The translations under genes and the position numbers were made by a program. This document shows positions 1-7,607 of a stretch of DNA of 23,858 nt, piece by piece. Location of the stretch: assembly GCA_029858565.1 (NCBI GenBank), contig JAOUEV010000052.1, positions 1 through 23,858 of the forward strand, read 5' to 3'. Under the pieces are notes generated by a model that worked only from the letters and a program-made list of their open reading frames with translations, did not search any database and was not told where the DNA came from. This DNA is from Nitrospirota bacterium (GTDB lineage: Bacteria; Nitrospirota; UBA9217). Numbering within the stretch: the stretch's first letter is position 1; each line of letters begins with the position of its first letter.

Positions 1-109
1 CCTCTCCTGCCGGCTTGATGTTCACGAGCGCGTAGACCGCCTGTTCAGCACTGCCCGCAGGCAGCGCATCCTTGCTCAAGATGCACTTGATGTTCAGTTC
101 GTTCTTCAT
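1..109 (-). CDS. N-terminal part of a probable von Willebrand factor A (vWA) domain protein, running off the window edge
   Basis: ATG at 109 with AGGAGG SD at about 115-120. It reads MKNELNIKCILSKDALPAGSAEQAVYALVNIKPAGE..., resembling the segment that precedes vWA domains in PP2C-linked vWA proteins. The vWA domain itself is not visible. Confidence 0.55.
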   Translation of the reverse strand, partial: MKNELNIKCILSKDALPAGSAEQAVYALVNIKPAGE

Positions 110-160
110 ATATTCCTCCTTTCGTACTTTCCGATAAGTCCTTTATTCCGCGATCCGCAA

Positions 161-1069
161 TTAAAGTACTTTTACCGCGATGGCCGTGATGTTGTCCCTG
201 CCGCCGTTCGCATTGGCCAGCTGCACGAGCCGCGCACAGATGAGTTCGGTCTGTTTCTCCTCAGCGCAGATCCGGTATATCTCCTCATCGCTCACCTCGT
301 TCCAGAGACCGTCGGTACAGAGCAGCAGGGTGCCGCCTGTTTTGAGTTCCCACCGCGTCGTGGCGGTCCTGACCGCGCCGTCAATGCCGATCGTACGGTA
401 AAGCAGGTTGGATCGCGGGTCGGTCCGGGCCTCTTCTTTTGTCAGCTTCCCGGCCGAGACCAGCTTTGCGACCAGCGAGTGGTCTTCCGTGAGCTGGGTG
501 ATGGAGCCGTTCTCGATCCAGTAGATCCTGCTGTCTCCCACATTGCCGATATGGGCGACGCCGTCAATGACCAGGGCGACGGCGAGCGTGGTGCCCATGT
601 TCGAACCCTTGCGGACCGCTTCCTGATGCACGACGGCATTTGCTGCCTGGATCGCCCGCTCGACCGCTCCCAGCGGGTCCCGCGAAAGGACAGCGATCCT
701 CCTGATCTCGGAGCTTACGGTCCTGACCGCCACACTGCTCGCCACCTCGCCGGCATCGTGTCCGCCCATGCCGTCGGCAACGACGAACAGGGAGTTTCCG
801 TTGACCTTCAGGTGCGCGAGATCATCCTCGTTGTGCGGCCGCACCATGCCGGTGTCGGTAATGCCGTGCCAGGTCAGTCTCGGCGTTGCAGCGAGCGGTC
901 CGCTCTCCATGGGGTCCGGACGCAAACGGATCGTGTGGGCCGGCTGCAGCACCTGCGTGAGAGACCGCGCGGAAGCAGGGTCGATCTGCACGCGGGGGAA
1001 AGTCAGCATTTCCCAGGAATGGTCCATTCCGAAGATCCGTCTGATGATGTTCATGAGTTCGTTCAGCAT
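161..1069 (-). CDS. PP2C-family (Stp1/PrpC-like) Ser/Thr protein phosphatase with an N-terminal extension of about 60 aa
   Basis: Motifs TDTGMVRPHNED, VVADGMGGH, GNVGDSR, TEDHSLV, LLCTDGL, GGRDNIT. Start moved to ATG 1069 (AGGAG SD at 1075-1079) from the ORF-track start at 1156. Confidence 0.93.
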   Translation of the reverse strand: MLNELMNIIRRIFGMDHSWEMLTFPRVQIDPASARSLTQVLQPAHTIRLRPDPMESGPLAATPRLTWHGITDTGMVRPHNEDDLAHLKVNGNSLFVVADGMGGHDAGEVASSVAVRTVSSEIRRIAVLSRDPLGAVERAIQAANAVVHQEAVRKGSNMGTTLAVALVIDGVAHIGNVGDSRIYWIENGSITQLTEDHSLVAKLVSAGKLTKEEARTDPRSNLLYRTIGIDGAVRTATTRWELKTGGTLLLCTDGLWNEVSDEEIYRICAEEKQTELICARLVQLANANGGRDNITAIAVKVL

Positions 1070-1692
1070 GCGCGCTCCTGTTCCGGAGTTATATGCACGA
1101 TCTGACTGGAGGTATTGCAGTGACCGTGCCAGAACTGACCGTTGGAAGGCGTCCAAAAAAGAAGTAAGAAAAACAGAGCACTGCGGGGTTTCCCTGGAAG
1201 GGGGGTGTACCTGGTTATAATGCCCGGTATAGGATTTTCAGATCCACCTGTTCGATTTTCGAATACATCGCATTCGCAGGTCCCGGGACAATGAGAATTG
1301 GTTCATTTCGTCCGGCGAAATCGTATTCCCTGAAATTCATCATGTTCCTCATATATGGATGAGATTGAAACTGGGCGATTATGCTTCTAACTGTCATAAA
1401 AACCATCGTTCTGTGTACTGATCATTCTATCGTGAAAATGAGCGCTAATAATCAGATCGCTCGAAATTGACATGTATAACTGTTTGAAATTTAAGGCTTA
1501 ATTTGCCTCCCTTTTTGCCTACATTAGGAAAACTAATATTCAAATTATAATTTTTAACTTGCAAAACAGGCGGTTTTCAACGATATTACTGCCTGCGCCG
1601 AAGTACGCCTGCGCGCGGGGGGTGTCTTGTGCACTCCCGAGGTCTGTCCCTGTACCTTCGATCTACAAAACCTGTACGGAGGTTTCCGATCC

Positions 1693-2340
1693 ATGGCTAT
1701 TCGTGTCGTTCTGCTCGGTGCGCCGGGCGCCGGTAAAGGCACCCAGGCGAAGATGTTGATCGATAAGTACAAGATCCCCCAGATCTCGACCGGCGACATT
1801 CTCCGCAAGGCGGTTGCCGACGGCACGCCGCTCGGCAAGGAAGCCAAGGTCATCATGGACCAGGGCGGCCTCGTGTCAGACAAGATCGTGCTCGGACTGG
1901 TCGAAGAGCGGGTCAAGCAGGCCGACTGCCAGAACGGCTTCATCCTCGACGGTTTCCCGCGCAACACGGCCCAGGCCGAGGCTCTGGACAAACTTCTTGC
2001 CGGTATGAACATGCCGCTGACCATCGCCCTGACCGTTGACGTGGAAAAGGGCGAGCTCATGAAGCGGCTCACGGGCCGCCGAACCTGCAAATCCTGCCAG
2101 CAGATGTACAATATCTATTTCTCCCCCTCAAAAAAAGAAGGCGTCTGCGACAAGTGCAGCGGTGCACTGTTCCAGCGCGATGATGACAAGGAAGAGACGA
2201 TCAAGAAGCGGCTTGATGTGTACGACAATCAGACCGCTCCGCTCATCAGCTATTACAATAAAAAAGGCATCATGAAGACCGTCATGGGTGTTGGCTCGAT
2301 CGACGATATCTTCAAGAAGGTCGTTGCAATTCTCGGATAA
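1693..2340 (+). CDS. adk: Adenylate kinase with Zn-binding LID
   Basis: P-loop GAPGAGKGT, ISTGDILR, GFILDGFPR, LID CKSC...CDKC, QRDDD. ATG 1693 with GGAGG SD. Confidence 0.98.
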   Translation: MAIRVVLLGAPGAGKGTQAKMLIDKYKIPQISTGDILRKAVADGTPLGKEAKVIMDQGGLVSDKIVLGLVEERVKQADCQNGFILDGFPRNTAQAEALDKLLAGMNMPLTIALTVDVEKGELMKRLTGRRTCKSCQQMYNIYFSPSKKEGVCDKCSGALFQRDDDKEETIKKRLDVYDNQTAPLISYYNKKGIMKTVMGVGSIDDIFKKVVAILG

Positions 2341-2343
2341 GCG

Positions 2344-2361
2344 TTGCGGCAAAGGCCGCAA
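2344..2361 (+). other. Stem-loop between adk and sat (weak terminator or mRNA-stabilising hairpin)
   Basis: TTGCGGC-aaag-GCCGCAA, a perfect 7-bp stem. The T-run (TATTTTT) is displaced by several nt, so this is not a canonical terminator. Confidence 0.5.
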
Positions 2362-2401
2362 TCGACTATTTTTACAATTCGTTCTAAGGAGGAACTAAGA
2401 A

Positions 2402-3640
2402 ATGGCACTGGTAAAGCCTCACGGTAAAAAGAAGAAGCTCATGCCGCTTCTTCTCGAGGGCGCGGCCCTGAACAAGGAAATGAAGAAGGCCAAGACCCTG
2501 AAGCAGCTCAAGATATCCTCGCGCGAGACCGCGGACCTCGTGATGATGGGCATCGGCGCGTTCACGCCGCTGACCGGATTCATGACCAAGAAGGACTGGA
2601 AGGGCGTTTGCGACAAGTACAAACTGGCCGACGGCACGTTCTGGCCGGTCCCGGTCACGCTGTCCTGCACGCCGGAGTTCGCAGGTTCCCTCAAGAAGAA
2701 CGAAGAGATCACGCTCGTGGACGAGGAGTCCGGCGAGATCATGGCCACCATGAAGGTGACCGAGAAGTACAACATGTCCAAGGCCGACAAGGAACATGAG
2801 TGCAAGCAGATCTTCCGCACCAATGACATCGCCGGCCACCCGGGCGTGCAGAAGGTCATGAACCAGCCGGAAGTCAACCTTGCCGGTCCGGTGAAGGTCC
2901 TGTCGGAAGCCCACTTCCCCCAGACCTTCAAGGGTATCTATATGAAGCCCGTCGAGACCCGCAAGATGTTCGAGGCAAAAGGCTGGAGCACGATCGCGGC
3001 ATTCCAGACCCGCAACCCCATGCACCGCTCGCACGAGTATCTTGCCAAGATCGCCATCGAGACCATGGACGGCGTTCTGATCCACCAGATCCTGGGCAAG
3101 CTCAAAGAGGGCGATATCCCGGCCGATGTCCGCGCCAATGCCATCGACACCCTGATGGAGAAGTACTTTGTGAAGGATTCCGCGATCCAGTGCGGCTACC
3201 CGATGGAGATGCGCTATGCCGGTCCCCGCGAGGCCCTGCTCCATGCGCTCTTCCGGCAGAACTTCGGCTGCAGCCACCTGATCGTCGGCCGCGACCACGC
3301 GGGCGTGGGCGACTACTACGGCCCGTTCGATGCCCAGAAGATCTTCGACGAGATCCCGGCGAATGCGCTCGAGACCAAGCCCCTCAAGATCGATCACACC
3401 TTCTACTGCTTCAAGTGCGACGGCATGGCCTCCATGAGGACCTGCCCCCATCAGAAGGAAGACCGGCTCATGCTGTCCGGCACCAAGCTCCGGAAGATGC
3501 TTTCCGAGGGCGAGAACGTGCCCGACCACTTCAGCCGTCCCGAAGTGCTCGAGATCCTCAAGAAGTACTATGCCGGCCTCACCGAGAAGGTGGAGATCAA
3601 GCTCCACAGCCACGCGGAAGGCACGCATACGCACAAGTAA
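2402..3640 (+). CDS. sat: Dissimilatory sulfate adenylyltransferase (ATP sulfurylase)
   Basis: [29 protein letters not shown] and Zn site CFKC...TCPH. AGGAGG SD. Confidence 0.98.
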   Translation: MALVKPHGKKKKLMPLLLEGAALNKEMKKAKTLKQLKISSRETADLVMMGIGAFTPLTGFMTKKDWKGVCDKYKLADGTFWPVPVTLSCTPEFAGSLKKNEEITLVDEESGEIMATMKVTEKYNMSKADKEHECKQIFRTNDIAGHPGVQKVMNQPEVNLAGPVKVLSEAHFPQTFKGIYMKPVETRKMFEAKGWSTIAAFQTRNPMHRSHEYLAKIAIETMDGVLIHQILGKLKEGDIPADVRANAIDTLMEKYFVKDSAIQCGYPMEMRYAGPREALLHALFRQNFGCSHLIVGRDHAGVGDYYGPFDAQKIFDEIPANALETKPLKIDHTFYCFKCDGMASMRTCPHQKEDRLMLSGTKLRKMLSEGENVPDHFSRPEVLEILKKYYAGLTEKVEIKLHSHAEGTHTHK

Positions 3641-3693
3641 AATAAACCAAAACTGCTTTCGCAGTTTTATATCACGAAGAGGAGGTTTGCAAT

Positions 3694-4125
3694 ATGCCGA
3701 GTTACGTTATTACCGAGAAGTGCGACGGCTGCAAGGCGCAGGACAAGACAGCATGCCAGTACATCTGCCCGAATGACCTCATGACCCTGAACAGGGACCT
3801 CATGAAGGCCTACAACCAGGAGCCGGATCAGTGCTGGGAGTGCTACAACTGTGTCAAGATCTGCCCTCAGCAGGCGATCGAGATCAGGGGCTACCAGGAT
3901 TTCAACCCCATGGGCGGCAACATCATCCCCATGCGCGGAACGGATTCCATCATGTGGACCGTGAAGTTCCGGAACGGGAAGCTGAACCGCTTCAAGTTCC
4001 CCATCCGTACCACTGCCGAAGGCTCGGTCGATCCCTACAAGGGCAAGCCTGAAGCGGATCAGAGCAAGATCAAACAGCCCGGCTATTTCACCACGACCAA
4101 GGCCATGCCGGTCATCAAGAAATAA
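3694..4125 (+). CDS. aprB: Adenylylsulfate reductase beta subunit (2x[4Fe-4S])
   Basis: CDGCKAQDKTACQYICP and CWECYNCVKICP, plus WTVKFRNG and RFKFPIRTT. Confidence 0.98.
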   Translation: MPSYVITEKCDGCKAQDKTACQYICPNDLMTLNRDLMKAYNQEPDQCWECYNCVKICPQQAIEIRGYQDFNPMGGNIIPMRGTDSIMWTVKFRNGKLNRFKFPIRTTAEGSVDPYKGKPEADQSKIKQPGYFTTTKAMPVIKK

Positions 4126-4136
4126 GGAGGAGCACA

Positions 4137-6155
4137 ATGGAGAAAGAGACCTGTACGTTTTCGTTCTGTAAGAAGCCTGAGATCGAGACGGTCGAGACCG
4201 ACCTGCTCCTGATCGGCGGCGGTATGGCCTGCTGCGGCGCGGCATTCGAAGGCGCCCGCTGGGCAAATCCCAAGAAGATCAAGATCACCATGGTGGACAA
4301 GGCGGCCACGGACCGTTCCGGCGCCGTTGCCATGGGTCTTTCCGCCATCAACACCTATTGCGGTGAGAACGATCCGGCGGATTATGTGAAGTACGTTCGC
4401 AACGACCTCATGGGCATCACCCGTGAAGACCTGGTCTATGACCTGGGCCGCCACGTTGATGATTCCGTGCAGCTGTTCGAAGAGTGGGGCCTGCCGATCT
4501 GGAAGGTCGGCGACGACGGCTTCTCCCTCGACGGTTTCCAGGCAAAGGAAGCCGGCAAGGCCATGCTGAAGGACGGCGGCAAGCCGGTCCGCTCCGGTAA
4601 GTGGCAGATCATGATCAACGGCGAGTCCTACAAGGTCATCGTGGCCGAGGCCGCGAAAAAGGCCCTGGAGACGAACCGCGCCGCCACCGGCGACAAGACG
4701 AACCACTACGAGCGCGTCTTCATCGTGAAGCTCTACAAGGATGCCAAGGAGCCGAACCGCGTTGCAGCAGCCGCGGGCTTCAGCGTCCGTGAGAACAAGA
4801 TCTATCTCTTCAAGGCCAAGGTCATGGTGCTGGCAGCAGGCGGCGCCGTGAACGTGTTCCGTCCCCGGTCCACGAAGGAAGGTCAGGGCCGCGCCTGGTA
4901 CCCGGTCTGGAATTCCGGCTCCGGCTACGCTCTCGGCATGCAGGCTGGTGCTGAGCTGACCATGATGGAGAACCGCTTCGTGCCCGCCCGTTTCAAGGAC
5001 GGCTACGGTCCGGTGGGCGCCTGGTTCCTGTTCTTCAAGGCCAAGGCGACCAACTCCCTGGGCGAGGACTATTGCGCCAATCCCGAAGCCCTGGCGGAAG
5101 CCAAGGCAAAGTACGGCAAGTACGTCGATGCGCTCGGCACTGCCATCCGCAACCACCTGATGATGCGCGACATGAAGCAGGGCAAGGGCCCGATCCTCAT
5201 GAACACGCACACGGCCATGGACGCCATCAACAAGACCTTCATCGAGAAGCTGGGCGAGAAGGAAGGCGCCAAGAAGGTGAAGCACCTGGTCGCCGAGGCA
5301 TGGGAAGACTTCCTCGATATGTGCATCGGACAGGCCGGTCTCTGGGCCTCGAAGAACATCGAGCCGGACAAGTCCCCCTCCGAGATCATGCCGACCGAGC
5401 CGTACCTCCTCGGTTCGCATGCCGGTTGCGCGGGCTTCTGGTGCTGCGGTCCCGAGGACCTCGGCGCGCCGGAAGAGTGGAACAAGAAGTGGCCGGCGGG
5501 CAGCTACAACCGCCAGTCGACCGTGAAGGGCCTGTTCATGTGCGGCGATATCTGCGGCGCATCGGGCCACAAGTTCTCGTCCGGTTCGCACGCTGAGGGC
5601 CGCATCGCCGCGAAGGCAGCCCTGGCGTTCCTCGCCGACAACGCGAGCTACACCCCGACCATCAAGGAGACGGTGGAGCAGATCGCGGGCGAGCTCTACC
5701 TGCCCTTCGAGGTGTTCGAGAAGTACAAGACCTACACCACGGATAAGAACACCAACCCGAACTACATCCGTCCGAGCATGCTCCAGGCGCGTCTCCAGAA
5801 GATCGCCGACGAGTACTTCGGCGGCATCTCCACGTGGTACATGACCTCCAAGACCATGCTCGACGAAGGCCTCAAGCAGCTCGAGATGCTCAAAGAGGAC
5901 ACGAACAAGATGGGCGCCGAGAACCTGCACGAACTGATGCGCTGCTGGGAGAACTACCACCGCATCCTGTCCGTGGAGGCCCATGCCCGCCACATCCTGT
6001 TCCGTGAAGAGTCCCGGTATCCCGGCTACTACTATCGCGGCGACTTTGACAAGATCGACGACGATAACTGGAAGTGCTTCGTGAACTCGAAGTACGATGC
6101 CGAGAACAACAAGTGGGAAGTCAAGAAGGTGCCGTTCGTACAGCTGGTTCCGTAA
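4137..6155 (+). CDS. aprA: Adenylylsulfate reductase alpha subunit (FAD)
   Basis: GGGMACCG, RSGAVAMGLSAINTY, WQIMINGESYK, ARFKDGYGPVGAWF, GHKFSSGSHAEGR, REESRYPGYY. Confidence 0.99.
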   Translation: MEKETCTFSFCKKPEIETVETDLLLIGGGMACCGAAFEGARWANPKKIKITMVDKAATDRSGAVAMGLSAINTYCGENDPADYVKYVRNDLMGITREDLVYDLGRHVDDSVQLFEEWGLPIWKVGDDGFSLDGFQAKEAGKAMLKDGGKPVRSGKWQIMINGESYKVIVAEAAKKALETNRAATGDKTNHYERVFIVKLYKDAKEPNRVAAAAGFSVRENKIYLFKAKVMVLAAGGAVNVFRPRSTKEGQGRAWYPVWNSGSGYALGMQAGAELTMMENRFVPARFKDGYGPVGAWFLFFKAKATNSLGEDYCANPEALAEAKAKYGKYVDALGTAIRNHLMMRDMKQGKGPILMNTHTAMDAINKTFIEKLGEKEGAKKVKHLVAEAWEDFLDMCIGQAGLWASKNIEPDKSPSEIMPTEPYLLGSHAGCAGFWCCGPEDLGAPEEWNKKWPAGSYNRQSTVKGLFMCGDICGASGHKFSSGSHAEGRIAAKAALAFLADNASYTPTIKETVEQIAGELYLPFEVFEKYKTYTTDKNTNPNYIRPSMLQARLQKIADEYFGGISTWYMTSKTMLDEGLKQLEMLKEDTNKMGAENLHELMRCWENYHRILSVEAHARHILFREESRYPGYYYRGDFDKIDDDNWKCFVNSKYDAENNKWEVKKVPFVQLVP

Positions 6156-6173
6156 GGAACATCATTCACACAC

Positions 6174-6207
6174 CTCCGGGGAGGGTTCTCCTCCCCGGAG
6201 TTTCATT
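6174..6207 (+). terminator. GC-rich hairpin after aprA (intrinsic terminator or 3' stabiliser)
   Basis: CTCCGGGGAG (6174-6183) pairs perfectly with CTCCCCGGAG (6191-6200), followed by TTTCATT. Confidence 0.7.
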
Positions 6208-6234
6208 GCAAAATGTAAATTGCAAAATGCAAAT
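6207..6234 (+). repeat. Heptamer tandem array, 4 x TGYAAAW
   Basis: tgcaaaa tgtaaat tgcaaaa tgcaaat. Confidence 0.85.
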
Positions 6235-6241
6235 GTGACGA

Positions 6242-6268
6242 AAGCGGGCCTTCGCTCGCTTGTTTTTT
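6242..6268 (+). terminator. Second terminator-like hairpin in the aprA-qmoA spacer
   Basis: AAGCGGGC-cttc-GCTCGCTT (one G-U pair) followed by GTTTTTT. Confidence 0.65.
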
Positions 6269-6290
6269 GACCTGCCTGATGTGATGTTCA

Positions 6291-6318
6291 CTTTGCACTT
6301 TGTATTTTGCACTTTGAA
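6291..6318 (-). repeat. Heptamer tandem array inverted relative to 6207-6234
   Basis: ctttgca ctttgta ttttgca ctttgaa; the reverse-complement units are ttcaaag tgcaaaa tacaaag tgcaaag. Confidence 0.85.
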
Positions 6319-6353
6319 TTTGTTTCACTGCCTGTAAGGAGGAAGAAGATACC

Positions 6354-7604
6354 ATGGCGGAAAATAAGGTGTTGGTTGTCGGCGGAGGCTTCAGCGGTCT
6401 CACGGCGGCAGTGGAGGCGGCCGAAACGGGCGCCGAGGTGATCCTCGTCGAGAAGAACCCCTATCTCGGCGGACGGGTGACCCAGCTTAACAAGTATTTC
6501 TGGAAGATGTGCCCCCCGAACTGCGGGCTGGAGATCCAGTACAAGCGGATCAAGAACAACGGGAAGGTCACGATCTACACGCTGGCCCAGGTGGAGAAGA
6601 TCTCGGGTTCCGAGGGCAACTTCGAGGTGACGATCAAGACCACGCCGCGCTTCGTGAACGACAAGTGCACGGCCTGCAACAAGTGCGCCGAGGTCTGTCC
6701 GGTCGAGCGTTCCAACGATTTCGACTTCGGCATGTCCAAGACCAAGGCCGCCTATCTTGCCCACAGTCAGGCGTTCCCCGCGCAGTATGTGATCGACGGC
6801 AAGGTCTGCAAGGGTTCTTCCTGCGGCGCATGTGTAAAGGCCTGCCCTTACGGCGCCATTGATCTCGGCATGAAGGCCGAGACCATTACCGTGAAGGTCG
6901 GTGCGGTCGTGACCGCGACCGGCTGGAATCCCTACGACGCTACGAAGATGGACAACCTGGGTTTCGGCAGGGTCCAGAACGTGGTCACCAACATGATGAT
7001 GGAGCGTCTTGCCGCGCCGAACGGACCAACGCAGGGCAAGATCGTCCGTCCTTCGGACGGCAAGGAAGTCAAGAATATCGCCTTTGTACAGTGCGCTGGC
7101 TCGCGCGATGAGAACCATCTGCCCTTCTGTTCGTACATCTGCTGTCTGGCATCGCTCAAACAGGCAACGTATGTGCGCGAACAGTATGGTGATTCCAAAG
7201 TGAAAGTGTTCTATATCGATATCCGCACTCCCGGCCTTTACGAGAACCGGTTCTACGCCAAGCTCCAGCAGGACGCGAACGTCTCCTTCCTGAAGGGTAA
7301 GGTGGCGAAGATCGAGCAGGGCGAGAACGGCGATGTGAAGGTCACTGCCGAGGACATTCACGGCGGTGGCAAGGTCACCGAGAGCTTCGACATGGTCGTT
7401 TTGGCCACGGGCATGGAGCCCACGGCGAAGTCGCTTTCCGGCGCGGGCATCAAGGCCACCTGGGACGGTTTCGTGGACCAGGCAGCGCTTCCCAAGGGCG
7501 TTTATGCGGCGGGAACGGTGAAGGCTCCGGTCGATGTTGCACGGACGGCGCAGGATGCGACCGCAGCGGTCATGAAGAGCATCCAGAGCTTGAGGAGGAA
7601 CTAG
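6354..7604 (+). CDS. qmoA: Quinone-interacting membrane-bound oxidoreductase subunit A (HdrA-like flavoprotein)
   Basis: VVGGGFSG, GGRVTQLNKYF..MCPPNCG, ATGWNPYD, FVQCAGSRD, CSYICC. Lies directly after aprA. Confidence 0.95.
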   Translation: MAENKVLVVGGGFSGLTAAVEAAETGAEVILVEKNPYLGGRVTQLNKYFWKMCPPNCGLEIQYKRIKNNGKVTIYTLAQVEKISGSEGNFEVTIKTTPRFVNDKCTACNKCAEVCPVERSNDFDFGMSKTKAAYLAHSQAFPAQYVIDGKVCKGSSCGACVKACPYGAIDLGMKAETITVKVGAVVTATGWNPYDATKMDNLGFGRVQNVVTNMMMERLAAPNGPTQGKIVRPSDGKEVKNIAFVQCAGSRDENHLPFCSYICCLASLKQATYVREQYGDSKVKVFYIDIRTPGLYENRFYAKLQQDANVSFLKGKVAKIEQGENGDVKVTAEDIHGGGKVTESFDMVVLATGMEPTAKSLSGAGIKATWDGFVDQAALPKGVYAAGTVKAPVDVARTAQDATAAVMKSIQSLRRN

Positions 7605-7607
7605 GGA

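Noticed and set aside
1215-1406. 63-aa minus-strand ORF in the PP2C-adk spacer
   Set aside because: It has no convincing SD or recognisable motif and lies in a probable regulatory region.
1430-3680. Possible Rex operator half-sites (TCGTGAA near 1430, TTTACAA near 2371, ATCACGAA near 3671)
   Set aside because: Rex controls sat/apr/adk in Desulfovibrio, but only one half of the TTGTGAA-N4-TTCACAA palindrome matches at each place. A PWM scan would be needed.
6207-6318. Repeats as a CRISPR array or IS ends
   Set aside because: Units are 7 nt with no spacers, and there is no cas or transposase gene and no target-site duplication.
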